Shown in pieces: positions 1 through 9,630 of a DNA stretch of 64,000 bases; within the stretch, counting starts at the first letter, position 1, and every line of letters begins with the position of its first letter. The DNA comes from Candidatus Lindowbacteria bacterium RIFCSPLOWO2_12_FULL_62_27 (lineage in GTDB: Bacteria; Lindowbacteria; 2-12-FULL-62-27), in the NCBI GenBank assembly GCA_001784175.1, contig MFPR01000004.1, positions 186,001 to 250,000 on the forward strand, given 5' to 3'. The notes under the pieces are model-generated. The model saw only the letters and a list, made by a program, of their open reading frames with translations, made no database searches and was not told the origin of the DNA. The position numbers were made by a program, and so were the translations under genes.

Positions 1-933
1 CAGCTCTCGAACCACCGTCTGGGTTTCGGTCCACGTCAGATGCAGAGCCGACCGCGCCTCCGGTTCGGCCGCCGGTTCCGGCGGCTGGGACTCTTCAGCG
101 ACCGTCGCCGATGCAGCCGGACCGGATCGGAGAATCCGCTTTTCATCGCGTTCCAGTTGCTGTTTCTTCTTCTGAAACTCCGCGCGACGGCGCTCCCATC
201 GCGCCTCCTCTTCCGATTCCGCCACGAGAACCCGGCGGTCGAGACTGCTCCGGATGGCGGCGATCTCCTGCTGAAGTTCCCCGACCCGCGGATGGGACGG
301 GGTGTAATGGTCGATCGCTTCCGCCAGCGTCATTTCAAGGTCGACCAGTTTCTGTTTCAACTCCCTGGATTCTTCATCCCGCTGCAGCAATTCTTCGGGG
401 TGCCGGTACTTCCGGCGTGACGCCATGACCCGCGCGTGGGATTTTTCCGCCTCGTCCCAGCCTTTCATCAAGCTCGCCTTCTTCTGCCGGATCTCGCGCG
501 CCTGTGCGCCGGCGGGTTTGCGGGATGCGGCGACCGCGCGGCCGCGGGCGCGGGGTTTTTGACGCGCCTTGGGCGGCGCCAATTCCTCGACCATTTTTTG
601 AGTCAAGTCTCTGAGCGGAAGCACCGACGCGGGCGGCAGCGTGGCGGAGAGGTCAATCCGTGTCACCGGCGAATCGTAGGCGTCCTTCCGGAGTTGACCG
701 TCAAACGGCGAGAGGAGCGACACGATCTGCCGGGCCACCGGCTCGATGGTGTCGAGGGACGCTCCAGAGAGGCTCGCGACGACGCGGGTCGCCGGTTTCT
801 CCAGCCACCTTTGTTCCTCCTTCATCCACTGGCCGCCGATCCATCCGGCCAGAGGTTTGCTCATGGACCAGAGCGCGTAAAATCCGCCGGCCAGGATGAG
901 AAGAACCAGCCCGACAGAAATCCAGCGGCGCAT
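1..933 (-). CDS. Polysaccharide co-polymerase / chain-length determinant (GumC/Wzc/Wzz-like), runs off the window
   Basis: Not in the ORF track. Read manually from ATG at 933 (TGATG overlap with the upstream stop): MRRWISVGLVLLILAGGFYALW (TM), coiled coil, and YTPSHPRV motif; follows a Wza-like gene. Confidence 0.65.
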   Translation of the reverse strand, partial: MRRWISVGLVLLILAGGFYALWSMSKPLAGWIGGQWMKEEQRWLEKPATRVVASLSGASLDTIEPVARQIVSLLSPFDGQLRKDAYDSPVTRIDLSATLPPASVLPLRDLTQKMVEELAPPKARQKPRARGRAVAASRKPAGAQAREIRQKKASLMKGWDEAEKSHARVMASRRKYRHPEELLQRDEESRELKQKLVDLEMTLAEAIDHYTPSHPRVGELQQEIAAIRSSLDRRVLVAESEEEARWERRRAEFQKKKQQLERDEKRILRSGPAASATVAEESQPPEPAAEPEARSALHLTWTETQTVVREL

Positions 934-2141
934 CAACGGGACTGGACGTTCTGGATATTCACCCGCACCAGCGGCCAGAATTTTTCCCAGAAGTCCCCCA
1001 GGTTGGAAATCACGCTCTTCGGAACAAAAATCACGTCGCCCTCCGACAGCTCCATGTCGTTCTGAACCTGGCGGTCCATGACCAGCCGCTCGAGGGCCAC
1101 GGTGAAAACCTGCGTCTGGCCCGTCGGCGAGACCCGCACGACGCGGGTCGAGTCGAGGACGGCGCCGGGAACATGATAGCCCGCGCGCGCCATGGCGGCG
1201 AGGACATGCGAGCCGGCGGGCAGGTCATAGGCGCCGGGGGACCGGACCATGCCGAGAACAAACACGCGGATGGAGAGTTTGGGCGGGACGAAGAGAAGGT
1301 CTCCGTCTTTGAGTTCCGGCGCGTCCGCGGGCGAGCGGCGGCCGTTGAGGATCTGGGACAAGTCGACCGGCAGGCGGCTTCCGTCCGGCCTCACCATGAA
1401 CGCGCGCGCCGGGTCCGCCTGGTCGGTCAATCCTCCGGCCGAGGTCAGAACGTCGGTCACCCAGGTCGGCGTGCGCTCGATCCAGACTTTCCCGGGAGCG
1501 CGGACCTCGCCCTGGACCCGGACCATGCCCTTTTCGCCGGAAGCGATCACATAGATGACATCGCCGGCGTGGAGGGAACGGTTCATGTCCATTTTGGCTT
1601 CGTTCAGGATGGCCGACAGCGAAATCGGCTCGCGCGCGCCGGCGCGCAAAAGAACGACCTGGTCGGCGCCTTCGACCGCCGGTTTCGACACCCAGCCGGC
1701 CCGGGCCAGCACATCGAGGATCCGGTCGTCGCCCATGAGCGGATACGTTCCGGGGATTTTGACGTTGCCGATCACGAGAACCTTCTGGCTGACAAAATCC
1801 TCGACGAAGACGGTGACGTCCGGCTGACGGTAATATTTTTTCAACCGGAGCTTGAGGACTTCGCTGATCTGGGTCGGCGTGAAATCGCGCACGTGGACGG
1901 ACCCGATCATGTCGAAACTGATTTTGCCGTCCGGCCGGACACGCACTTCACGCTCGCTGGTTTCCTTGCCGTCATAGAGGCGAATCCGCAACACGTCTCC
2001 GACGCCCACCCGGTATTCGCCGACATCGAGCGCGACCGGTCCCAGAATCGGCTCCGGTATCCCGACGGCCGGCCACGCCAGAACCGACGCGGCGGCCAAC
2101 CCCCACTTGCAGATAAATTTCACGCTTGATTTCTCTCTCAC
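933..2141 (-). CDS. Polysaccharide export protein (Wza/Poly_export + SLBB repeats)
   Basis: EYRVGVGDVLRI...VRPDGKISF..IG.V domain, then three SLBB-type repeats (V.G.V..PG.Y). Confidence 0.9.
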   Translation of the reverse strand: MREKSSVKFICKWGLAAASVLAWPAVGIPEPILGPVALDVGEYRVGVGDVLRIRLYDGKETSEREVRVRPDGKISFDMIGSVHVRDFTPTQISEVLKLRLKKYYRQPDVTVFVEDFVSQKVLVIGNVKIPGTYPLMGDDRILDVLARAGWVSKPAVEGADQVVLLRAGAREPISLSAILNEAKMDMNRSLHAGDVIYVIASGEKGMVRVQGEVRAPGKVWIERTPTWVTDVLTSAGGLTDQADPARAFMVRPDGSRLPVDLSQILNGRRSPADAPELKDGDLLFVPPKLSIRVFVLGMVRSPGAYDLPAGSHVLAAMARAGYHVPGAVLDSTRVVRVSPTGQTQVFTVALERLVMDRQVQNDMELSEGDVIFVPKSVISNLGDFWEKFWPLVRVNIQNVQSR

Positions 2142-2180
2142 ACCTCCGTCCCTGTCAATGCTGAAACGCAGGGATCTGGT

Positions 2181-2726
2181 TCAGGGAAGCAGGATATACG
2201 TCTTGCCCACACCCCTGGGCGCTTTGGGCTGCCGGGAGGCGGGCGGGTCCTGGGAGATCGGCGGAGCGATGCGCGGCAGATTCACGGACAGGGACGGCGA
2301 TACATCCAACCCGGCCGCCGTGGCCGGCATGCTCCAGGAGGAAATGGGCCGGGTGCGGGAGAATTCATAGGCGGCGGTGTATCGTTTGTCGTGCGCCGGC
2401 TCGTGATCGAGGGCTTTGGGAACCTGGATCTTGTCGAGCAGGGGCGGGATGAGAAGCTGCGGGACGACGTTCGGCGTCAGAAGTTCCTCCTGGTCCGGCA
2501 GGATCTTCTTGATCTGTTCCTCCCAGTTGACTTCCGCCGTCGTCTTCTGGGTTTCGGCCAGTTGACGGCGGCGCTCCTCCCGCTCACGCTCCTCCTTCTG
2601 CATCGCCTCGCGTTCGTGTTTGAAATACACGAGGACCAGCATGAGGAGCGACAGATACACGAGAAACTTGACGAGACGCCGGACCAGTTTCTTGGGATCT
2701 TCCTTCAGAAAGGCCGGAAGGTTCAT
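2181..2726 (-). CDS. Hypothetical membrane-anchored coiled-coil protein
   Basis: N-terminal TM helix and E/R-rich coil; in line between smc and the Wza-like gene. Confidence 0.6.
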   Translation of the reverse strand: MNLPAFLKEDPKKLVRRLVKFLVYLSLLMLVLVYFKHEREAMQKEEREREERRRQLAETQKTTAEVNWEEQIKKILPDQEELLTPNVVPQLLIPPLLDKIQVPKALDHEPAHDKRYTAAYEFSRTRPISSWSMPATAAGLDVSPSLSVNLPRIAPPISQDPPASRQPKAPRGVGKTYILLP

Positions 2727-2747
2727 TGGGATTCTCGCGGGCCGGTC

Positions 2748-5700
2748 TTAGGCGGAGGCGGCCAGGGCGGCCTCCTGCGCCCGCTTCATCCGGACCGAAA
2801 TCAGTTTCGTGATGCCGGCCTCCTCCATGGTCGCGCCGAAGAGGCAGTTGGCGATCTGCATGGTGACCTTGTTGTGGGTCACGATGACGAACTGGATTTT
2901 TTCCGAGAATTCCTCGATGAGCCTGGCGAGCCGGCCGACGTTGACGTCGTCCAGCGCGGCGTCGACCTCGTCCAGAATGCAGAAGGGCGAGGGTTTTTCC
3001 ATGAAGAGCGAAAAGAGGAGGCACAGGCCGGCCAGGGACTGCTCGCCGCCGGACCGCGACGCGATCGACGTGAATCCCTTGCCGGGCGGACGCAACTGGA
3101 TGTCCACGCCGCTTTCCATCATGTCCTCCGATTCGGTCAGAATGAGTTTCCCTTCGCCGCCCAGGAACAGTTTCTTCGTTACGTCCTGGAAATGCGCCGC
3201 GACGCGATGGAACACGTCCGCAAACCGGTCCCGGCAGACGCGGTCGGTGCGGCGGAGGGTTTCCTTGAGGTTGTCCCGGGCCAGGGTGAGGTCGGTGAGC
3301 TGTTTCGCGAGTTCCTCGTGTTTGGCGGCGACTTCGTTGTATTCCTCGATCGCGTGAACATTGACGGCGCCGATTTTCTGCATTTTGAACTGCAGGTCCT
3401 TCAGCCTGTCGGCGGCGGAGACACCGGTCGCGCTCGTGTCGGGATTCCAGTCGGCCGGCGGCGCCGGCGCCTCGGGGAGCGTCTCGAGATCGGTTTGCAT
3501 TTCGTTCAGCGCATTTTCCCGCAGGTTGTTCCGCTCGGCGTCGAGGGCGGTCCAGCGAAGTTCCATCTGGTGGACCGCATCCCGCCGCGACTGCTGTTCG
3601 GCCCGGCATTGCGCCGCGCTCGACCGCGCGGCTTCGATTTCACCCGAGATGCGGCCGAGTTCGGCCGCCATCCCTTTGACCGAAGCCGCCTGCGCGTCTG
3701 CGCGCCCTCTCGCCTCCTGAAGTTCCTGGCAGAGGACGGCCGCCTGAGTGTCGAGCGCCTGTTGCTCCTGCTCCGACTCCGCCCTGCGGCGGGTCAGGTC
3801 CTGGGATTCGGCATCGATGCGGACGCATTCCCTCATTTTTTCCTGCGCCGACCGCAACGACTCCACCGCCGACTCCATATCCCCTCGCAGCGACTGGACC
3901 TGGCGGCGCAGGTCCTCCAGAAGTTCGCGGAAAGACGCCGGAAGAATGCGTTCCGTTTCCCGGAGGCGCGCCTGCTCGGATTGAAGGCCGGCGATGGCCG
4001 ACGTTCTTTGCGCCAGTTGATCCGATTCGGCCGTAAGCCGCTGCCGCCGGTCTTCGGCCATGCGCGCCAGGGATTCGGCGGCCGCCGACACCCGCGCGTG
4101 CTCCGCGTCGGCTTCCTTGTAGCGCCGATACGCCGCTTCGATGGCCGACCGGGCCGCCACGACTTCCGAACAGGCGCGGGCGTGCGCCTGCTCTTCGGCG
4201 GCGATCAGGTCGATCAATTCCTTCAGCCGCGACTCCGTTTCGCATAGTTCCTGTTTCCGGCCCATCAAGATCGCGCCGGCGGTCGGGCCGGCCGTGATGG
4301 CGCCGGACCGGCAGTAGGCGCCTTCCAGCGTCACGATCGCGATCCCGCGGTGAAGTTTCGCCGCCGACAGGAGCGCTTCCATGTCCCGCACGACGAGGGT
4401 GCGGCCCAGCAGGTTCTCGAAGAGCCGCCGGAGCCGGTCATCAAAACGCAACAACTTGACGGCCCAGCCTACCCAGTCTTCCTGCCAGGGCAGTTCGGGC
4501 GCGGCCACCGGAGCGGGCAGAAGATCAAGCGCCCAAAACGTCACGCGGCCCCGCAGGTCCCCTTTTATTTCGTTCAGAATTTCTTTCACCGTCTCGCCCG
4601 TGCCCACCACGAGGTGCTGCAGCTTGGGTCCCAGGGCCGCCTCGACGGCTTTGGCGTAGGGCGCGTCGAAGGCCATCAAGTCCCGGACGGCGCCCAGAAG
4701 TTCATCCCGCTTGTCGAAACGCTCCAGCACGAGGCGCACGCTGGTCGAGAACCCCTGATAGGATTCCTCGGCCGCGCTGAGCGACCGGTACCGGCCTTCG
4801 ACCTCGGCCATTCCCCGGCGGAGCTGATTGAGTTTCTCCCGGGACTGGTCCATGCGCGCCTCGGCCTCTTTCACCGACAGTTCCGCCACCGTCTGGGTCT
4901 GACCGTAGTCAGCCCGGCGGCGCTCGTGTGTCTCCAATTCCGCCGTCAGCGCGGCCAGTTGCGCGTCATCCGCTGAAAGCTGTCCCGACAGGGCGTCAAT
5001 CCGGGCCTGCTGCTCTCCGGCGGCCGACTGCTGCGCCGACAGGGACGATTCCAGGGCCGCCAGGGCCTCATGGGCGGACAGAACATCGGCGCGGCTGACG
5101 TCCATCCGCGCTTCTTCGGCCTGAAGCTTCGATTCGGTTGACTGAAGCTCCGACCGCAAGAGGTCCGTCTCGTGTTCCGCGTGTTCCACGGACACCGTGA
5201 GTTCCTTGTTCAAGTCGGCCAGAAGCGCCGCGAGGTCCTGAGTTTCCTCCGGGGTCCCACCGCGCATATCCATGAGAGACCGCGACAATTTCAGCGCCGA
5301 AAAATCGATGTCGTTGCGCGCGCGTTTCAGGCTGTAGGTCTTTTCCTCCAGCGCCGCCTGCGCCTTGTCCCTCTCGGCGCAGAGCCGTTCCGCCTCCCGA
5401 AGCGACAACTCGGCGGCGGCCAGCTCCTCTGTAAGACCCGCGCGGCCCTGCGTCAGGCCGGTTTCTTTGGCGGACCAGTCGGCCGCCGATTCCTCGAGGC
5501 GCAGGAGGTCCGCCTTGTGCGAGTCCGCCTGTTGGGCGATATCGTCCACTTCGCGCCGGATGCCGTGGTATCTCCGGTACGCGGTGAAGAGATACAGCTC
5601 CCGGTAGGCGGTCTGGTACTCGAGATATTTCTGCGCGCGGCCGGCCTGGACTTTGAGGCCGTGCATGCGCGATTCGTATTCGGACGCGAACACGCCCGCC

Positions 5701-6269
5701 TGCTCCATGTTTTTTTGAACTTCGTCCAGCCGCCGCAGCGTCTCCTTCTTGCTCTGCCGGTAGGACACGATCCCGGCCGCCTCCTCGAAATACTGGCGGC
5801 GCTCCTCCGGCGAGGCCGATACGATCATCTGCACCTGGCCCTGGCCGATCACCGAATAGTGGCCCTTGTTCACGCCGACGTCCATGAACATTTTCTGGAT
5901 GTCCTTCAGCCGCACCGCGGCGCCGTTGAGGAAATACCGGGACTCGCCGTCCCGCTGAATCATCCGCCGGATCTCGACCTCCGGGTAATCGATGTCGAGC
6001 CAGCGGGTTGAATTGTCCAGCGTCAGGCCCACCTCGCCCATGGAAGTGGCCGGACGGCGGATGTTGCCGGCGAAAATCAGGTCGTCAATTTTTCTCGCTC
6101 TGAGCAGCCGCAGGCTCTGTTCGCCCAGGACAAAGCGGACGGCGTCCACGATATTCGATTTCCCGCACCCGTTCGGCCCGATGACGCCGACAATCCGGCC
6201 GGGAAACTGCACTTCGACGGGATCGGCGAAGGATTTGAAACCATGCAAGTTGAGACGCAGCAAGACCAT
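2748..6269 (-). CDS. smc: Chromosome segregation protein SMC
   Basis: GFKSF, Walker A GPNGCGKSN, hinge GRVTF, Walker B/D-loop LDEVDAALD; 1173 aa. Confidence 0.97.
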   Translation of the reverse strand: MVLLRLNLHGFKSFADPVEVQFPGRIVGVIGPNGCGKSNIVDAVRFVLGEQSLRLLRARKIDDLIFAGNIRRPATSMGEVGLTLDNSTRWLDIDYPEVEIRRMIQRDGESRYFLNGAAVRLKDIQKMFMDVGVNKGHYSVIGQGQVQMIVSASPEERRQYFEEAAGIVSYRQSKKETLRRLDEVQKNMEQAGVFASEYESRMHGLKVQAGRAQKYLEYQTAYRELYLFTAYRRYHGIRREVDDIAQQADSHKADLLRLEESAADWSAKETGLTQGRAGLTEELAAAELSLREAERLCAERDKAQAALEEKTYSLKRARNDIDFSALKLSRSLMDMRGGTPEETQDLAALLADLNKELTVSVEHAEHETDLLRSELQSTESKLQAEEARMDVSRADVLSAHEALAALESSLSAQQSAAGEQQARIDALSGQLSADDAQLAALTAELETHERRRADYGQTQTVAELSVKEAEARMDQSREKLNQLRRGMAEVEGRYRSLSAAEESYQGFSTSVRLVLERFDKRDELLGAVRDLMAFDAPYAKAVEAALGPKLQHLVVGTGETVKEILNEIKGDLRGRVTFWALDLLPAPVAAPELPWQEDWVGWAVKLLRFDDRLRRLFENLLGRTLVVRDMEALLSAAKLHRGIAIVTLEGAYCRSGAITAGPTAGAILMGRKQELCETESRLKELIDLIAAEEQAHARACSEVVAARSAIEAAYRRYKEADAEHARVSAAAESLARMAEDRRQRLTAESDQLAQRTSAIAGLQSEQARLRETERILPASFRELLEDLRRQVQSLRGDMESAVESLRSAQEKMRECVRIDAESQDLTRRRAESEQEQQALDTQAAVLCQELQEARGRADAQAASVKGMAAELGRISGEIEAARSSAAQCRAEQQSRRDAVHQMELRWTALDAERNNLRENALNEMQTDLETLPEAPAPPADWNPDTSATGVSAADRLKDLQFKMQKIGAVNVHAIEEYNEVAAKHEELAKQLTDLTLARDNLKETLRRTDRVCRDRFADVFHRVAAHFQDVTKKLFLGGEGKLILTESEDMMESGVDIQLRPPGKGFTSIASRSGGEQSLAGLCLLFSLFMEKPSPFCILDEVDAALDDVNVGRLARLIEEFSEKIQFVIVTHNKVTMQIANCLFGATMEEAGITKLISVRMKRAQEAALAASA

Positions 6270-6406
6270 GATGGGTCACCTCGTTTTATGATTCTGGATG
6301 ATTCGACTCTTCCTCCAACCTATCGGCACACATCCGCCCTGGTTTGAGTTCCAAGCGCGGCGGCGGGGTGGACAGAGGCGTGCGGCATGTAATAGTCTGA
6401 GGGCGC

Positions 6407-7033
6407 ATGAAAACCCTGAAACGGCTGGCGGAACAATTCGGAAAACTGCCCGGCGTCGGGCCCAAAACGGCCCTCCGGCTCGCCCATCACGTCCTGCTCA
6501 CGATGCCGGACCAGGACGTGGAGGAATTTTCGACGGTCCTGCGCGAATGTAAATCGAATCTTCGGTTGTGCCAGGCCTGTTTTTCGATTGCCGACGAGGA
6601 GACCTGCCCCATCTGCAGGAACCCCTCGCGGGACACACACACGATCCTGGTTGTGGCCGACGTGCGGGACCTTCTTGCGGTGGAGGAAACGGGCGTCTAC
6701 AAAGGCGTGTATCACGTCCTCGGAGGTCTCCTCTCCCCCCTTCAACGCATCGGCCCCGATCAGCTTCGCGTGCCCGAACTCCTCCAGCGCGTGCGAAGCG
6801 GGCCGGTCGAGGAAGTGATCCTCGGGACGGTGCCGACCGCCGAGGGAGAGGTGACGGCGCATTATCTGTCGGACCGGCTGAGGGACACGGGCGTGAAAAT
6901 CACGCGGATCGGGTCCGGCATCCCGGTCGGCGGGTCGCTGGAATACATGGACGCGCTGACCGTGTCGAAGGCCGTCCTGTACCGCCAGGAGATGGCGGCG
7001 GGGAGCGCCGGAGGGGCGGGAGGAAAATCATAA
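6407..7033 (+). CDS. recR: Recombination mediator RecR
   Basis: LPGVGPKTA.RLA HhH, C4 zinc finger, YHVLGG, EGEVTA Toprim. Confidence 0.97.
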   Translation: MKTLKRLAEQFGKLPGVGPKTALRLAHHVLLTMPDQDVEEFSTVLRECKSNLRLCQACFSIADEETCPICRNPSRDTHTILVVADVRDLLAVEETGVYKGVYHVLGGLLSPLQRIGPDQLRVPELLQRVRSGPVEEVILGTVPTAEGEVTAHYLSDRLRDTGVKITRIGSGIPVGGSLEYMDALTVSKAVLYRQEMAAGSAGGAGGKS

Positions 7034-7317
7034 GCGAGAAACTGCCGGACCCGGACATCGAATCGCGCCTGAGTCAACTGAACGGCTGGACCCGCGACGG
7101 GATCTGGATCAAAAAGACGTTCGTGCTGAAAGGATTCGTGGGCGCGGTCGAATTCGTGCAAAAAATCGTCCCGACAGCGGAGGCCATGGACCACCACCCG
7201 GACGTGCGGATCTTCTCGTACAAGCGCGTGGAGATTTCCATCTCGACGCACAGCGCGGGCGGGCTGACGGAAAAGGATTTCGAACTGGCCCGTAAGATTG
7301 ACGGCGCCGCGCCTTGA
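7030..7317 (+). CDS. phhB: Pterin-4a-carbinolamine dehydratase
   Basis: AEAMDHHPD and THSAGGLTEKDFELA motifs; likely start ATA at 7030 after GGAGG. Confidence 0.88.
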   Translation: MSEKLPDPDIESRLSQLNGWTRDGIWIKKTFVLKGFVGAVEFVQKIVPTAEAMDHHPDVRIFSYKRVEISISTHSAGGLTEKDFELARKIDGAAP

Positions 7318-7360
7318 CTTTCGTGAGCGTCTGAAACAGATTTCTCCATCGACGGATCAT

Positions 7361-7436
7361 TCCTCGGTAGCTCAGCCGGTAGAGCAGGCGGCTGTTAACC
7401 GCCGGGTCGGGGGTTCGAGTCCCTCCCGAGGAGCCA
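7361..7436 (+). tRNA. tRNA-Asn (GTT)
   Basis: TCCTCGG/CCGAGGA acceptor stem, anticodon arm GGCGG-CTGTTAA-CCGCC, GGTTCGAGTCC T-loop, encoded CCA. Confidence 0.97.
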
Positions 7437-7468
7437 TTGTTTAGAATGCGACGAAAGGCGTGTGACAG

Positions 7469-8314
7469 ATGAAAATCGTTCTGAATTTGTGGGATGGGGT
7501 TCGATATGACGCGATCTTCAAGGTCCATGAGTGGATGGGACTGCCCAACTTGTTTCGCATCATCAATCACGGGGTGCTCTACACCAACATCTATACCCTC
7601 GAGCCGGCCCTGACGCCCCAGTGCGTCGCACGGATCATGTGCAACCGGCAGGGCAAGTGGATCAGCCAGTCGCTGTGGGAGAAGATGAAAATCCGAAGTT
7701 GTTTTGTCGGATACCCGGAAGACTCGGTCCGGGGCTACCTGCGGCGGATTCCGTATTGCGATCTATTGGACGTGGTCTACAACCGGAAAACCGAGATGCG
7801 GATGAAACAGAGCGCCGCCGGCCGCAAGGTCCTCGAGAAACACCGGATATGCTTTCCGGACGAATTCCGCATGAAAGTCGCCTGTCAGATGATTCCCAAA
7901 TATGATTTCACCTTCGTCTATTTTCCCGGCCCCGATTCGGCGGCCCACGACTGCCGGGACCGCGGCAGGCACATCTACCACCACGGATCGCCGTACGTGC
8001 ACGCCATCAAGAAATGCGACCGCCTCCTCGGGCGGCTCCTCCGGACCCTCGACCGCTGCGCGCCGGACGATTACATCATCCTCATCGTGGCCGACCACGG
8101 CATGAGCGACGGCGGGCGGCATTCCATCGGGAAATGGACCGACAAGGAAATCATGCAGGTGCCGCTGGCGCTCATGGGCAAGGGCGTCCGCAACAACTGG
8201 TACGAACAGGGCGTTCACCACACCTACGACATCACCAGCGGCATCGTGGGCCTCTTCAAGGGCGACGCACACCGAACCCTCTTCAAATACGCGATCGATC
8301 ACGGGGGCCGCTGA
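7469..8314 (+). CDS. Alkaline phosphatase superfamily protein
   Basis: LWDGVR, YFPGPDSAAH, IVADHGM metal-ligand motifs. Confidence 0.75.
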   Translation: MKIVLNLWDGVRYDAIFKVHEWMGLPNLFRIINHGVLYTNIYTLEPALTPQCVARIMCNRQGKWISQSLWEKMKIRSCFVGYPEDSVRGYLRRIPYCDLLDVVYNRKTEMRMKQSAAGRKVLEKHRICFPDEFRMKVACQMIPKYDFTFVYFPGPDSAAHDCRDRGRHIYHHGSPYVHAIKKCDRLLGRLLRTLDRCAPDDYIILIVADHGMSDGGRHSIGKWTDKEIMQVPLALMGKGVRNNWYEQGVHHTYDITSGIVGLFKGDAHRTLFKYAIDHGGR

Positions 8315-8319
8315 AAATT

Positions 8320-8350
8320 AAAAAGAGGAGGCTGTCGAAGCCTCCTCTTC
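8320..8350 (-). terminator. Intrinsic terminator of the small RNA (possibly bidirectional)
   Basis: AAGAGGAGGC-7nt-GCCTCCTCTT stem followed by a T run on the minus strand. Confidence 0.8.
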
Positions 8351-8404
8351 CATCCATACTTGGCCTTGTTTCAGGCCGAGCTCACACGAGGTGAGCCCCC
8401 TTGT
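8320..8404 (-). ncRNA. Standalone ~85 nt sRNA, possibly Acido-Lenti-1-like
   Basis: Two hairpins (GGGCTCAC..GTGAGCTC; GGCC-TGAAACAA-GGCC) between a sigma70 promoter and a terminator, with no ORF. The family name is from memory only. Confidence 0.6.
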
Positions 8405-8410
8405 GAATTA

Positions 8411-8439
8411 GTTATACGGAAGAACCTTCTAAAAAGCAA
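8411..8439 (-). promoter_or_regulatory. Sigma70 promoter of the sRNA
   Basis: TTGCTT-17nt-TATAAC with an AT-rich upstream tract. Confidence 0.7.
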
Positions 8440-8480
8440 ATTTTTTATCACAAAAGTTGGGGTCGGTAGACAGAGGAACC

Positions 8481-8588
8481 CATTGGCCACGAACGACACG
8501 AACGACCACGAACAGACACGAAAAAACATTCTTCCCATGTAAAAATGTTCGTGTTCGTTCGTGTTCCAAGTTCGTGTTCGTTCGTGGT
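8481..8588. repeat. CACGAA-periodic palindromic element (MITE/REP-like)
   Basis: Four CACGAA units, a loop, then TTCGTG units. Near-identical copy at 37851-37958; left half at ~40308-40352. Confidence 0.85.
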
Positions 8589-8607
8589 GAATGTTAATCG
8601 CCGCGCT

Positions 8608-9630
8608 TTACCGAGGCGTTACCAAAAGTTCCTGCACGGCCCGCAGGACCCGGGCGGGCGAAATCGCGCTCATGCAGCTCGGCGCGATCTCGCATTTTCT
8701 CAAATAGCACGGCCCGCACGCGTACGGCGTCACGGCCTTGCGGCCCTCGGCCGGCGCGATCGGAATTTCCGCGTGGGCCGTCGGACCGAAGAGCGCCACG
8801 ACGGGGACACGCTGGGCCAGGGCCAGATGCATCGCGAGGGTGTCGCCGCACACGAGGACACGGCAGGCGGCCGCGAGTGACGCGAGGTCGTCCAGCGTAT
8901 GGACACACACCGACGGGATGTCTTTCGATCCCGGCCGGCTCTTCAGATTCTTGATCCGCACCTCCTCCGCCGGGCCGCCGAACAGAAAAATCGGCGACAC
9001 GGAAGTCCATGCGCGGAACGCGGAACAGAAATCGGCGATTTCGGGCTCCGACCAGAACTTGTTCGCGTACCGGTCCGATGCGCCGACGAACACGCCGACC
9101 CGGCCGGCGTCGGCCGAAACCTGAGCGCCCATCATCGAGAAAAGTCTTTCCTGCCGATCCTGCAAATCCGGCGGGGGACCGTACTCGTAGGATTCGCCGG
9201 ACCAGGAAAGACCGACCGCGCCGTAGACGATGGCTTGAAACGGCATCTGGTTTTCCCTGAATTTGAGCCGGTCGTCCCGCGCCAGCCGGACCAGCCATTC
9301 GGAATCGGCCGACAGCGGAATCAGCCGGCCCTCCGCGTCACGGCCCACACCGAATTTTTGACGGGCCGCCACGCGCCGCGCCAGCGCGGTCGCGCGCGGG
9401 TCCTCGTCCAGATTGATCAAGACATTCCATTCCGTGGACAGCGCTTCGAGGGACTCGATGCTGCAGAGGTCCGTCCCATCCGTTAGACGGCTGAGCAGGG
9501 GCCGCGCGGATTCCGACATCACCCACACCACGCGCGCGCCGGGCCATTTTTTTCGAAGCCCGGAGAGCAGGCAGGTGGTGCGAAGGACATCGCCGAGCGC
9601 GCCCAGCTTGATCAGAAGAATCTGCGTCAC
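8608..9630 (-). CDS. Glycosyltransferase family 9 (LPS heptosyltransferase-like)
   Basis: IKLGALGDVLRTT and GDTLAMHLALA..VPVVALFGPT; GTG start at 9630. Confidence 0.9.
   Translation of the reverse strand: MTQILLIKLGALGDVLRTTCLLSGLRKKWPGARVVWVMSESARPLLSRLTDGTDLCSIESLEALSTEWNVLINLDEDPRATALARRVAARQKFGVGRDAEGRLIPLSADSEWLVRLARDDRLKFRENQMPFQAIVYGAVGLSWSGESYEYGPPPDLQDRQERLFSMMGAQVSADAGRVGVFVGASDRYANKFWSEPEIADFCSAFRAWTSVSPIFLFGGPAEEVRIKNLKSRPGSKDIPSVCVHTLDDLASLAAACRVLVCGDTLAMHLALAQRVPVVALFGPTAHAEIPIAPAEGRKAVTPYACGPCYLRKCEIAPSCMSAISPARVLRAVQELLVTPR

Noticed and set aside
7361-8600. Integrative element at tRNA-Asn
   Set aside because: No integrase, and I found no duplicated tRNA 3' end in the window.
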